Source of the DNA: Candidatus Multivorans sp.
Lineage (GTDB): Bacteria; Acidobacteriota; Thermoanaerobaculia; Multivoradales; Multivoraceae
Reading direction: 5' to 3'
DNA: 64,000 nucleotides
NCBI GenBank assembly: GCA_965247095.1
Contig: OZ251997.1
Location: 2,400,001 to 2,464,000, forward strand
A program made the position numbers and the translations under genes. Positions 9,880 through 18,999 of the stretch are shown one piece after another (within the stretch, counting starts at the first letter, position 1; every line of letters begins with the position of its first letter). The notes below the pieces were generated by a model. The model was not told the origin of the DNA. It saw nothing but the letters and a program-made list of their open reading frames with translations, and ran no database searches.

Positions 9880-11121
9880 CTACTCCCCCGGACCCAGCAC
9901 CAGCACGCCGTTGCTGCCGCCGAAGCCGAAGCTGTTCTTCATCACCAAGGGCCGTTCGAGAGGCTCCGGTTCTCTGCCCACGAGACGAACCCGGCATTCG
10001 GGATCGGGCCGCTCGAGGTTCAGGTTCGGCGGCAACAGGCCGCGTTCGATGCCGAGCAGCGCCGCAATCGCCTCGATCGCGCCGGACGCGCCGAGAGTGT
10101 GTCCGAAGTAGGACTTGTTCGCCGAAACCGGGACCCGGTCGGCTGCATCGCCGAGCACGGCGCGGAGCGATTCGCTCTCGCAGAGGTCGTTGGCGCGGGT
10201 CGCGGTGCCGTGTGCGTTCACGGCGCCGAGGTCGGACGGCGCGACGCCAGCCGACTCAAGCGCCGCATGCATCGCCACCGCCTGACCCTCGGCGCTCGGA
10301 CTGGTCAGGTGGCTGGCGTCGGACGACTCGCCATAGCCGACGATCTCACCGCGGATTCGCGCCCCCCGGCTGCGGGCGTGGTCCCACGACTCGACGACCA
10401 GCATGCCGGCGCCCTCGCCGAACACGGTGCCGTCGCGGTCGGCGTCGAAGGGACGGCAGGCGCGGGCGGGGTCCGGGTTCTCCGACATCACGCCCAGGTT
10501 GTTCCAGACTCCGAAGTAGAACGGGTCGAAGAAGCCGTCCGCACCGCCGCTGAGCACGGTGTCCGCGTAGCCGTCGCGCACCATGCGGTAGGCCATGCCG
10601 ATCGCGTTCGTCGCCGACGTGCAGGCCGAGACGACGACGTAGTTGATGCCGGTCAGCTTGAAGTGGATCGAGACGCCGGCCGAGATCGAGTTGTACATGC
10701 ACCGCGGCACGGTCGACGGCCGAAGGCCCCGCACGCCGCGCTCGTGGAAGCGCTGCTGGCCGGTGGTGTGGCTCTCGGCCGAGCCGGCGCCGGTGCCCAG
10801 GATGACCGCCACAGGCTGCGGCTCGAAGGGCGGCGCCCCGTCGATCAGACCCGCTTCCTCGAGCGCGTCGGCAGCGGCGACGAGCCCGAGGTCGACGGCG
10901 CGGTCGGTAGGTCGGCGGCGCAGGCGCTTCAGACCGTCGCGCACGGCATCCGCGTCGACCTCCGCGCCGATGCCGACCTTCAGCGCCGACACGTCGAGCG
11001 ACTGGAGCTTGCCCACGCCGCCGCGACCGGCGACCAGGTTGTCCCAGAAGGACTCGACATCCGTGCCGACGGCGCAGGCGACGCCGAGTCCGGTGACAGC
11101 GACTCGGCGTGGGTCAGGCAT
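9880..11121 (-). CDS. fabF: Beta-ketoacyl-ACP synthase II
   Basis: RRVAVTGLG, SACTS, NAHGTAT, KSYFGHTLGASG, NSFGFGG. Confidence 0.92.
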   Translation of the reverse strand: MPDPRRVAVTGLGVACAVGTDVESFWDNLVAGRGGVGKLQSLDVSALKVGIGAEVDADAVRDGLKRLRRRPTDRAVDLGLVAAADALEEAGLIDGAPPFEPQPVAVILGTGAGSAESHTTGQQRFHERGVRGLRPSTVPRCMYNSISAGVSIHFKLTGINYVVVSACTSATNAIGMAYRMVRDGYADTVLSGGADGFFDPFYFGVWNNLGVMSENPDPARACRPFDADRDGTVFGEGAGMLVVESWDHARSRGARIRGEIVGYGESSDASHLTSPSAEGQAVAMHAALESAGVAPSDLGAVNAHGTATRANDLCESESLRAVLGDAADRVPVSANKSYFGHTLGASGAIEAIAALLGIERGLLPPNLNLERPDPECRVRLVGREPEPLERPLVMKNSFGFGGSNGVLVLGPGE

Positions 11122-11148
11122 GGTGGCGCCGTTTCGGTTCGATCATCG

Positions 11149-11213
11149 CCGGATGCGGGCGAGACGCCCGCGTTCCCAGGCGCGGATGCGGGCGAGACGT
11201 CCGCGTGCCCAGG
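11149..11213. repeat. Two tandem REP-like palindromes (module B + GTTCCCAGG tail)
   Basis: GGATGCGGGCGAGACGCCCGCGTTCCCAGG and GGATGCGGGCGAGACGTCCGCGTGCCCAGG. Confidence 0.8.
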
Positions 11214-11216
11214 AAC

Positions 11217-11960
11217 CTAGCCATACATCGACAACCCGCCGTTGACGTGGAGCACCTGACCGGTGACGTACGAAGACTCCGAGGACAGCAGGAAGGTGAC
11301 GACGGCGGCGACCTCGGCCGGCGTTCCCATCCGGCCGAGCGGCACGCGCAGTCTCTGCCGCTGGTCTTCGGTGAGCTCGACCGTCATGTCGGTCTCGATG
11401 AAGCCCGGCGACACCGCGTTGCAACGGACCCCGAAACGGGCCGCCTCGAGGGCGAGACTGCGGGTGAGGCTGACCAGACCCGCCTTGGAGGCGGCGTAGT
11501 CGGCGCCCATCCAACCTCCCGGGCCGTGTGCCGCGAGAGACGCCATGTTCACGATGCTGCCGCTCCTCGCCTTGCGCATGACACGGTAGGCAGCGCGCGC
11601 GGCGGCGAACGAGGCTTCGAGGTTCACGCGCTGGGTCGCCCGCCAGGATTCGAGGTCGAGACCCCGAAACGCAACGGCGCGGCCGCCGCCGGCGTTGTTC
11701 ACCAGACCGTCGATGCGGCCGCAACGATCGACGACCTGCTCCACGAGCGCCGCCGCGTTCTCCGGCTCGTCGAGATCGGCGGCCAGCGGGAAGGCGGCGT
11801 CACTACCGAGTTCGCGGCACACCGCCTCCACCTTCGCCAGCTCACGTCCGTGTACGGCCACCGTCGCACCGAGTTCGACCGCAGCCTCGGCCGTCGCCCG
11901 GCCGATGCCGCGCGTCGAACCGGTGACCAGGACCACTTGGCCGGAGAGTGAGGCAGTCAT
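11217..11960 (-). CDS. fabG: 3-oxoacyl-ACP reductase (SDR)
   Basis: TGSTRGIG, NNAG, YAASK, PGFIETDMT, PLGRMG; adjacent to fabF and ACP. Confidence 0.85.
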   Translation of the reverse strand: MTASLSGQVVLVTGSTRGIGRATAEAAVELGATVAVHGRELAKVEAVCRELGSDAAFPLAADLDEPENAAALVEQVVDRCGRIDGLVNNAGGGRAVAFRGLDLESWRATQRVNLEASFAAARAAYRVMRKARSGSIVNMASLAAHGPGGWMGADYAASKAGLVSLTRSLALEAARFGVRCNAVSPGFIETDMTVELTEDQRQRLRVPLGRMGTPAEVAAVVTFLLSSESSYVTGQVLHVNGGLSMYG

Positions 11961-12023
11961 CGTGCGAACCGGGCGCAATGGTAGCGCCGCGGCGATCGCG
12001 CGGTGCGCGTACGATTCCCCACC

Positions 12024-14846
12024 GTGACGCGCCTACAGGTAGACGGACAGTCGATCGAGGCTCAGCCGGGCGACAGCCTGCTGGCCGCCATGTTGCGGGC
12101 CGGTCTGCATCCGACCGGCGGCGGCTGCCTGTGCCTGGGCGGCGACTGCCCGCATTGCCTGGCCACGGTCGACGGCGCCGCCTACACCCGGAGCTGCCAG
12201 GTGCGGGCGGAGGCCGGCATGGTCGTGCGCCGGGATCATCTCGGGAACGAGGCGCCGCCGCTGCTGCCGGAGGAGGCGCGAGCCGACATCGAGCCGGCGC
12301 CCGCACACCACATCCACTGCGACACGGTGATCATCGGCCAGGGCGACTCGGGCCGCCGCGCCGGCGCGGACGCCCGTGCCGCGGGGCAGGACGTGATCAC
12401 CCTCGACGCCCGGGAGGGGCAGCACGTCACCGGCGTCTACCCTGGCCCTCTCGTTGTCGCACTCGACGACGCCGGGCGGGTGCTCCACGTTCATCCGAAG
12501 CGGGAGATCGTGGTTGCCGCCGGTGCCGCGGAAGTCCAACCGGTCGTTCCCGGCAGCGACCTCGAAGGCCTCATGACCGCCCGCGCTGCCGCCGACCTTG
12601 CCGCGGCCGGCATCGACTTCGGCCGCATCGTGTCGCTGGGCGACTGGCTGCCCGACCTGCCGGCGGACGTCTTTAGCCGCCACCTCCCGCTCGGTGAGGA
12701 CGGTTGGGACCTCATCCGTTTCGAGGGCCGGCGCCGCATCGAGGCGGTCGTCGTCCATCCCCATGACGACCAGAACGCGCCAGAGCGACGGGTCGAGTGC
12801 GACACCGCGATCCTCGACCTCGGCCGCCAGCCCCGCAGCGCCCTGGCCCGGATGGCCTCCGACCTGCCGGTCCGAGTTGTCGGCCGTGCCGCGGAGGAGT
12901 CCGAACTGCCGCCCTGTCCGCGTGAAGGGACCGTCTGCCCGTGCAACGGCGTCACCGTCGCCGATCTCGACAGCGTGTGGGACCGCGGCTTCCAGGAGAT
13001 GGAGCTGCTGAAGCGCGCCACCCTCGCCGGCACCGGCGCCTGCCAGGGCGGCGTCTGCCTGCCCTACCTGCGGAGCTTCCTGCTGGAGCGGGGCGGCCGG
13101 CGCCAACCCGCGTTTACCGCCCGGCCGCTCAACCGGCAATTGACCGTACGCGAACTCGCCGCCGGCGCGCACAGCGCGGTTTCGGCCCGCTCGCAACTCC
13201 ACGACGAGCACCTGCGCCTGGGCGCGCGGATGGAGCGGGCCGGCGGCTGGTGGCGGCCCTGGACCTACGGCGAGCGGGACCAGGAGTACGCCGCCGTGCG
13301 CGAACGCGTCTCGCTCGGGGACGTGAGCTCACTCGGCAAGATGGCCATCGCCGGGCCGGACGCCGAGGCCTTCCTGGAACGGATAGTTCCGACCCGGGTC
13401 GGGACGATCCGGCCAGGCCGCTGCCGTTACGTGGTCATGCTGGATGAGCGCGGCTACCTGCTCGACGACGGGATGCTCTGCCGCGAAGCGGCGCAAGGTG
13501 ACGGCGACCGCTTCTTCTTGACCTCGACCTCCGGCGGCGCCGACTTCCTCGAACTCTGGCTGCGCGACTGGGCCGAGGCCTTCGGGTTCGATGTCCGTAT
13601 CCTGAACCAGACCGGCTCGCTGGCCGCGATCAACGTCACCGGACCGCAAGCCGCCCGGCTGCTGACGCGAGCCGGCGCCGCCGACCTACCCGAGTTCGGC
13701 CGCCACCAGCGCCTTCGTGTCGCCGGCATCGATTGCCGGGTCGTGCGGTTGAGCTTCACCGGCGAACTCTCCTACGAACTCCACCACGCGGCCGCCGACG
13801 CCGTCGACCTGTGGCAGCGGCTGCTCTCGGTCGGCGGCGAGTTGAGCGTCCGTCCTCACGGCTTGGAGACGCTGCTCCAACTGCGGCTTGAGAAGGGCCA
13901 CATCGTGATCGGCCAGGACACCGACTACGACTCGACTCCGCGCCGGCTCGGCTACGAATGGGCGGTCAACCTGAACAAGGGCGACTTCATCGGCCGCCAG
14001 GCGATTCTCAGAACCAGCAAGCAACCGCCCGATCGCAAACTGGTCGCACTCTGGATGGATGAGCCGCCGCTCCAGGAGCAACGCTCCTGCTCGACCGAAG
14101 GGTCGGCCATCTACGACGGTAAGCGCTATGCGGGCTACGTGACGTCGGGCGCCCCGGCGCCTGCCGGAAAACGCCGTCAAGCAGGCGGGGGCAGTCCCCT
14201 CCTGGGCTGGCTCTACCTCGACGAGAACGGCAACCTGCCCAGAGAGGTCACGATCGACGGCCAGCCGGCCCGCCGGCTCGACGGTCCGGCCTACGACCCG
14301 GAGGGAACACGGGCACGCGTTCCCGTCGACGGGCCGAGCGAGGCGCCCCAGAGGATCCCCGAGTTCCAGCCGACGCAATCCCGAGCGACCGACCTCAAGA
14401 GCGGGGTGACGCCCGGCCCGCCGCGCCTGCGACCGCTCGAAGCGACCCGGATCGCCGCGGCGCCCAGCGCCCTCGACGACCTGATCGAACGCCCGCCCTG
14501 GCCCGCCGCCGCCCTCGCTCTCCGCCTCGCCCCCGACGAACTCCTGGTTACGGCACGACCGGACTTCGAGGCTGCCGGCGACCCCCACGTAATCGTCGAG
14601 CGCGAGACCGGCTTCTCCTACGTCTGGCTCGATGTCGCCGACGCCGAGGCGCTGCTCGACCGCGAGTGCGACTGGGAACGGCCGAGCGCGCGGCCGGCCT
14701 TGGCCCAAGGCGAGGTCGCCGGCATCCCGGTCAAGCTCCGGTTCGAAGCCGAGAGGACGTTGGTTCTCGCGCCGACGCCCCTCTCCGCCGCGTTCCAGCG
14801 CCGCCTGAGCCGGGCGCTCGGCCACGCCGCCGGAGGCGCGGCATGA
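12024..14846 (+). CDS. Sarcosine oxidase alpha-like subunit (2Fe-2S, GcvT folate-binding domains) with gamma-like C-terminal extension
   Basis: CLCLGGDCPHC, CPCNGVT...ELLKRATLAGTGACQGGVC, DVSSLGK, SFTGELSYEL, LRLEKGH; followed by soxB and soxD; start 12024 or 12003. Confidence 0.85.
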   Translation: MTRLQVDGQSIEAQPGDSLLAAMLRAGLHPTGGGCLCLGGDCPHCLATVDGAAYTRSCQVRAEAGMVVRRDHLGNEAPPLLPEEARADIEPAPAHHIHCDTVIIGQGDSGRRAGADARAAGQDVITLDAREGQHVTGVYPGPLVVALDDAGRVLHVHPKREIVVAAGAAEVQPVVPGSDLEGLMTARAAADLAAAGIDFGRIVSLGDWLPDLPADVFSRHLPLGEDGWDLIRFEGRRRIEAVVVHPHDDQNAPERRVECDTAILDLGRQPRSALARMASDLPVRVVGRAAEESELPPCPREGTVCPCNGVTVADLDSVWDRGFQEMELLKRATLAGTGACQGGVCLPYLRSFLLERGGRRQPAFTARPLNRQLTVRELAAGAHSAVSARSQLHDEHLRLGARMERAGGWWRPWTYGERDQEYAAVRERVSLGDVSSLGKMAIAGPDAEAFLERIVPTRVGTIRPGRCRYVVMLDERGYLLDDGMLCREAAQGDGDRFFLTSTSGGADFLELWLRDWAEAFGFDVRILNQTGSLAAINVTGPQAARLLTRAGAADLPEFGRHQRLRVAGIDCRVVRLSFTGELSYELHHAAADAVDLWQRLLSVGGELSVRPHGLETLLQLRLEKGHIVIGQDTDYDSTPRRLGYEWAVNLNKGDFIGRQAILRTSKQPPDRKLVALWMDEPPLQEQRSCSTEGSAIYDGKRYAGYVTSGAPAPAGKRRQAGGGSPLLGWLYLDENGNLPREVTIDGQPARRLDGPAYDPEGTRARVPVDGPSEAPQRIPEFQPTQSRATDLKSGVTPGPPRLRPLEATRIAAAPSALDDLIERPPWPAAALALRLAPDELLVTARPDFEAAGDPHVIVERETGFSYVWLDVADAEALLDRECDWERPSARPALAQGEVAGIPVKLRFEAERTLVLAPTPLSAAFQRRLSRALGHAAGGAA

Positions 14847-16051
14847 ACGAGTTCGTCGAGCGTCAGATGAAGCTGACCTGGCGCGAACCCAGGCCAAGCT
14901 ACGACGTCGTGATCGTCGGCGCCGGCGGCCACGGCCTCGCCACCGCGTACTACCTGGCGACTCGACATGGAATCACGAACGTCGGGGTCTTCGAGAGCGG
15001 CTACATCGGTCGCGGCAACTCGGGCCGCAACACGACGATCATCCGCGCCAACTACGGCATCCCGGCCGCGGTCCGCTTCTACCAGCGCAGCGTCGACCTG
15101 TACCGCGGCCTGGAAGAGGAGACGGGGCGCGGGCTGATGCACCAGCAGAAGGGCCTGCTATGGATGGCGCACACCGAAGCGGCCGCGCGGGCCGAACGGA
15201 TGCGTGCGAAGCTGAACACCGAGTTCGGCGCCGAGACCGAGTTCGTGGAGCCGCGTCGGATCCTGGAGATCTGCCCGCAGCTCGACCTCACGGGCGGCGG
15301 CCGCTGGCCTGTGCTCGGCGCCTCCTACCATCCGGCGGGCGCCACCGCCCGCCACGACCGTGTGGTCTGGGCGCTCGCGGAGGGTGCGATGGAGCGGGGC
15401 GTCCACGTCCACCAGAACACACCCGTCGAGGGCCTGCTCCTCGATGGCGAACGGGTCGTCGGCGTGCGGACCGCGGCCGGCAATGTCGCGGCCGGCGTCG
15501 TCGTCTCCGCGGTCGGCGGCCACGTCAGCCGGATCGCCGCGATGGCCGGCGTACGGCTGCCGATCCGCACCCACCGCCTGCAGGCCTTCGTCACCAACCA
15601 CTACCAACGACAGTTCCAGCCCATCGTCGCCTCCTCGGAGCTCTTCTTCTACGCCTCGCAAACCGCCCGCGGCGAGATGATCCTGGGCGCCGAGATCGAT
15701 CCGCAGCCGAGCTTCTCCTACCGCTCGAGCCACGACTTCGTGCAGCAGGTGTCGCAGCGGGCGCTGTGCCTGCTCCCCTTCATGGCCGACCTGCGCGTGC
15801 TCCGCCAGTGGACCGGCGTCTGCGACATGAGCCCCGACTACTCGCCGATCCTGGGCCCGACGGGCGTCGACGGCTTCCTCATCACGACCGGCTGGGGCAC
15901 CTGGGGGTTCAAGGCGATTCCGGTCGGCGGCGAGCAGATGGCGCAACTCATCGCGACGGGCAAGATGCCCGAACTCATCGCCCCGTTCGGGCTCGACCGC
16001 TTCGCCCGCGACCGCACGATGGCCGATCGCGGCTCGGCGGGGACGCACTGA
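14843..16051 (+). CDS. soxB: Sarcosine oxidase beta subunit family (FAD)
   Basis: VIVGAGGHGLATAYYLA, GNSGRNTTIIRANY, GWGTWGFKA; ATGA overlap. Confidence 0.9.
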   Translation: MNEFVERQMKLTWREPRPSYDVVIVGAGGHGLATAYYLATRHGITNVGVFESGYIGRGNSGRNTTIIRANYGIPAAVRFYQRSVDLYRGLEEETGRGLMHQQKGLLWMAHTEAAARAERMRAKLNTEFGAETEFVEPRRILEICPQLDLTGGGRWPVLGASYHPAGATARHDRVVWALAEGAMERGVHVHQNTPVEGLLLDGERVVGVRTAAGNVAAGVVVSAVGGHVSRIAAMAGVRLPIRTHRLQAFVTNHYQRQFQPIVASSELFFYASQTARGEMILGAEIDPQPSFSYRSSHDFVQQVSQRALCLLPFMADLRVLRQWTGVCDMSPDYSPILGPTGVDGFLITTGWGTWGFKAIPVGGEQMAQLIATGKMPELIAPFGLDRFARDRTMADRGSAGTH

Positions 16052-16053
16052 CG

Positions 16054-16302
16054 ATGAGCCTTCGCATCCCCTGCCCCAACTGCGGCGCCCGCTCGGTGCA
16101 TGAGTTCGTCCACGGCGAGATCCGGCGAGCGCCCGAGCACCTCACCGATCCCGACGAGCGCGACCTCGATCTCGCTTTCATGCACGACAACCCGGAGGGC
16201 GTCGTCACCGAACGCTGGTTCCACGCCGCCGGCTGCCGGCGCTGGTTCGAGATCCGACGCGACACGACGACCGACCGGATCGTCGAACCGGACGTATCCT
16301 GA
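16054..16302 (+). CDS. soxD: Sarcosine oxidase delta subunit
   Basis: IPCPNCGAR...EF, NPEG..ERWFHAAGCRRWF..RDT. Confidence 0.9.
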   Translation: MSLRIPCPNCGARSVHEFVHGEIRRAPEHLTDPDERDLDLAFMHDNPEGVVTERWFHAAGCRRWFEIRRDTTTDRIVEPDVS

Positions 16303-16335
16303 CCGGCGGGCCAGTTCGCGGCTACAATCCAGGCC

Positions 16336-16404
16336 CTCCTCGAGGAAGAAGCCCTCGAAGGCGACGCCGCTTCCACCGGCGGCGGCGGCGGCGGCTCCGA
16401 GTAG
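16336..16404 (+). pseudogene. Orphan C-terminal tail of an EYACHEGNY-family gene
   Basis: Reads LLEEEALEGDAASTGGGGGGSE*, resembling the tails LLEEEARAVAAETTGGGGGG* (19000) and LLEQEAIEQDASGASTGSGSGD* (26005). Confidence 0.55.
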
Positions 16405-16786
16405 CCGACTCCTGGGTTGCACCCGCCCGGCTTCCCGGGTCGGCCGTAAGGCTTGGATCCCTGCCGCTAGCATCGAGAGGCAGACACTCCCATGAGGGCT
16501 CAAGCCGTAGCCTCCCAGTGACCGCCTTCTTCATCTTCAGCTTTCTCGTTTCGGTGGGGTTTCTGCTGGCGATCACAATCGATTTGGCGCGTGACATCCC
16601 ACCACCGAAGAACCGCCGGTCTTTGTGGTCGTGGCGAAGTCCACGAAAGAAGCCACGGAAGCTCCGCCGTTAGGGGCAGCTTGACTGGACACGCCGGATA
16701 GCTGTCGGTGTGGCCCCCCGGTGCGCCGGGGACAGTTGCCGCATGCCCTGGCTCGTCTGAGAGGTGCGATGGTCCTACGCCGTCCA

Positions 16787-17047
16787 GCCCGTGCAGGGGT
16801 CTGAGGCGTCAAACTCCAGGTGGCTCGGAACGAGCGACGGCCGGCGCCCTGACAAGAACCGACGACCCACCGGAGCGAGTGGAGTGAAGCGAGCGCCAAC
16901 TCCCCCATATCCGATCAAGCGCGAACCCGGGTGGCGCGATCCGCGCCACCCGCGAACCAGTCCGTGCGCCCGTCATCGGGCGCACGGATGGCGCGGCACC
17001 TGGAGGTTGACCCCTCAGGCCCCGGAACGGGCGGGTGCAACCTCCAG
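16787..17047. repeat. 36-bp imperfect inverted repeat pair enclosing REP-like modules D+C (MITE/BIME-like)
   Basis: 16787-16822 vs 16997-17032 match 31/36 as inverted repeat; 16923-16991 is the reverse complement of the C-D modules at ~18905-18973. Confidence 0.65.
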
Positions 17048-17111
17048 CCGCGGCCACAGCCCACTCCACCGGCTGCTATGGTCGGCCGCTCAACTCTCTG
17101 GAGAACAATCG

Positions 17112-17600
17112 ATGCGCCGCACTCTCTTCGTTCTGTTGATCGCTATTCTTCTGTCCGTGACTGCCGTCGTCGCCGACGACCACGGACCGAAGGTCGCCGA
17201 CCTGGCCTGGATGACCGGGACCTGGAGCGGCGCGATGGGCGGGGCCGGTTCCCTGGAAGAGAACTGGGCGACTCCCACGAACGGTTCGATGGCGGCGCTG
17301 GTGCGCGGCTTCTCGCCTGACGGCACCACGAACATGATCGAGCTGATCTCGATCGAGGAAGAGGACGACTCCCTGGTGCTGCGCCTCAAGCAGTGGAACC
17401 CGGGCATGACGCCGCGCGCCGAGGGCTTCCAAGTCATGAAGCTCGTCGAGTCGAAAGACCGGATGGTCAAGTTCGAGAACACGGGCGAAGGCGGTCTGGC
17501 CAAGCTCGGCTACAGCCGGCCTGCCGACGACAAGTTCGTGATCTCGATCGAGCTGCCCAACGGCCAGGCGATCGACATCCCGCTCGACGCGGCCAAGTAA
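17112..17600 (+). CDS. Secreted DUF6265-like protein
   Basis: Signal peptide, LAWMTGTWSG, EENW, FEN motifs; RBS GGAGA. Confidence 0.75.
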   Translation: MRRTLFVLLIAILLSVTAVVADDHGPKVADLAWMTGTWSGAMGGAGSLEENWATPTNGSMAALVRGFSPDGTTNMIELISIEEEDDSLVLRLKQWNPGMTPRAEGFQVMKLVESKDRMVKFENTGEGGLAKLGYSRPADDKFVISIELPNGQAIDIPLDAAK

Positions 17601-17610
17601 CGTCGGCCCG

Positions 17611-18291
17611 GTGGCGATAAGCCGGCTGGTACCGCTGGCGTCCGCGGCGCTTCTCGTCGCGGGGGTCGACCTGCTCGCGGGCGCCGGCATCGCCGCCGCC
17701 CAGCGGAAGCCGGCCAGCCCGGCGGGCTCGGCCGCGGCCCAGATCGGCGGCCTTTTCGATCCCCGCTCCGGCTACGTCAACGGCGGCTGGATCGAGGTCG
17801 AGTTCGGCCGGCCGCTGCGGCGCGGCCGGGACATCTTCGGACCGCCGGACTTCATCGCGTTCCTGAACGACGGCGCCCCGGTGTGGCGTGCCGGAGCGAA
17901 CTACACGACACGGCTGATCACGGAGCTGCCGCTCGTCATCGCCGATGTGCGCCTCGAGCCCGGCGAGTACACGATGTTCATCCAGGTCGGCCCGGAACGG
18001 TGGATTCTGATCATCTCGAAGTGGCCGGCACAGGAGACCTACGACTACCAGGAACGGGAGGCGCTGTTCGGCGCCTACGGCTACACCCCGGACCGAGACG
18101 TGCTCCGCACCGACATGACGCTCCAGCCCCTGCCCATCTCCTTCGAGCAGTTGTCGTGGCAGTTCCTGGACGTGACCCCGGAAGGCGGCCGGTTGGCACT
18201 CCTCTGGGACCGGCAGATGGCCTCCGTGCCGTTCCAGGTCGCGGGCCCGGCAGACGAAGGCGCAGCCCCGCCTGAGGAGGGCAATCCATGA
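17611..18291 (+). CDS. DUF2911 domain protein
   Basis: ASP, IEVEFGRP..RGRDIFG, VWRAGAN..T, PGEYTMF, LLWD. Confidence 0.8.
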   Translation: MAISRLVPLASAALLVAGVDLLAGAGIAAAQRKPASPAGSAAAQIGGLFDPRSGYVNGGWIEVEFGRPLRRGRDIFGPPDFIAFLNDGAPVWRAGANYTTRLITELPLVIADVRLEPGEYTMFIQVGPERWILIISKWPAQETYDYQEREALFGAYGYTPDRDVLRTDMTLQPLPISFEQLSWQFLDVTPEGGRLALLWDRQMASVPFQVAGPADEGAAPPEEGNP

Positions 18292-18731
18292 GTAAGTCGG
18301 CGGCTACGGTTCAGAGAATGCACGGCCAGTGCCTGTGCGGCGCCGTGCAGTTCGAGGTCGACGTGCCGGAGCGGACCTACAGCGTCTGTCACTGCGGCAT
18401 GTGCCGGCGCTGGTCCGGCGGACCGCTCATGTCCGTTCACTGCACCGAACCCAATACCGAGTGGCTGAACGACGAGGGGCTGACCTGGTACCAGGGGACG
18501 CCCTGGGCCCAGCGAGGCTTCTGCTCCCGCTGCGGTTCGAGCCTGTTCTGGCGGCTGGCCGAACAGCCGGAGGGCATGCTGATCGTCAGCGTGGACTGTT
18601 TGGAGAACGCGGACGGGTTCCAGCTCGACCGCCACATCTACAGCGACGCCAAGCCCGACCGCTACGAGTTCGCCGACGACCGCCCGCGGGTGACGGAGGC
18701 GGAGGTGCTGAAGGAAGTGGGGCTGGGTTAG
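18288..18731 (+). CDS. GFA (CENP-V/glutathione-dependent formaldehyde-activating) family protein
   Basis: GQCLCGAV, CHCGMCRRWSG, RGFCSRCGSSLF. Confidence 0.92.
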   Translation: MSKSAATVQRMHGQCLCGAVQFEVDVPERTYSVCHCGMCRRWSGGPLMSVHCTEPNTEWLNDEGLTWYQGTPWAQRGFCSRCGSSLFWRLAEQPEGMLIVSVDCLENADGFQLDRHIYSDAKPDRYEFADDRPRVTEAEVLKEVGLG

Positions 18732-18743
18732 CTCGCGGCACTC

Positions 18744-18807
18744 AAAGAAAAAGCAGCCGGGTGAGCTAGTGCTCAGCGGACCGCCGAGGCAGCCCTCCCA
18801 ACCGCTT
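18744..18807 (-). ncRNA. Candidate small structured RNA (three-way junction ending in U-tract)
   Basis: GCGGUUGGG/CCCGGCUGC closing stem, hairpins GGGCUGC-CUCG-GCGGUCC and UGAGC-ACUA-GCUCA, then UUUUUCUUU; promoter directly upstream. Confidence 0.5.
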
Positions 18808-18812
18808 CGGAG

Positions 18813-18842
18813 ATCCTGACCGACGTGGACCACGGTTGTCAA
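18813..18842 (-). promoter_or_regulatory. Sigma70-type promoter for the candidate sRNA
   Basis: TTGACA (18842-18837), 18-bp spacer, CAGGAT (18818-18813). Confidence 0.5.
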
Positions 18843-18871
18843 CGGCCCACGGGCACGGAGACCAATGCAGG

Positions 18872-18978
18872 CGCCGCGCCGGATGCGGGCGAGACGCCCG
18901 CGTGCCATCCGTGCGCCCGATGACGGGCGCACGGAGTGGTTCGCGTGTGGCGCGGGTCGCGCCACACGGGTTCCCAGG
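18872..18978. repeat. Composite REP-like element (modules B-C-D + GTTCCCAGG)
   Basis: GCGGGCGAGACGCCCGC, CCGTGCGCCCGATGACGGGCGCACGG, GTGTGGCGCGGGTCGCGCCACAC. Confidence 0.8.
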
Positions 18979-18999
18979 GGTCGCCGTCCTCCGGTTCTG

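Noticed and set aside
16721-16915. Group II intron remnant (GTGCG start, ...ATCCGAT end)
   Set aside because: No domain V motif and no reverse transcriptase; the GTGCG lies in a simple hairpin
17085-17110. Glycine riboswitch-like CTCTGGAGA
   Set aside because: Other conserved aptamer elements are absent; explained as the RBS of the next gene
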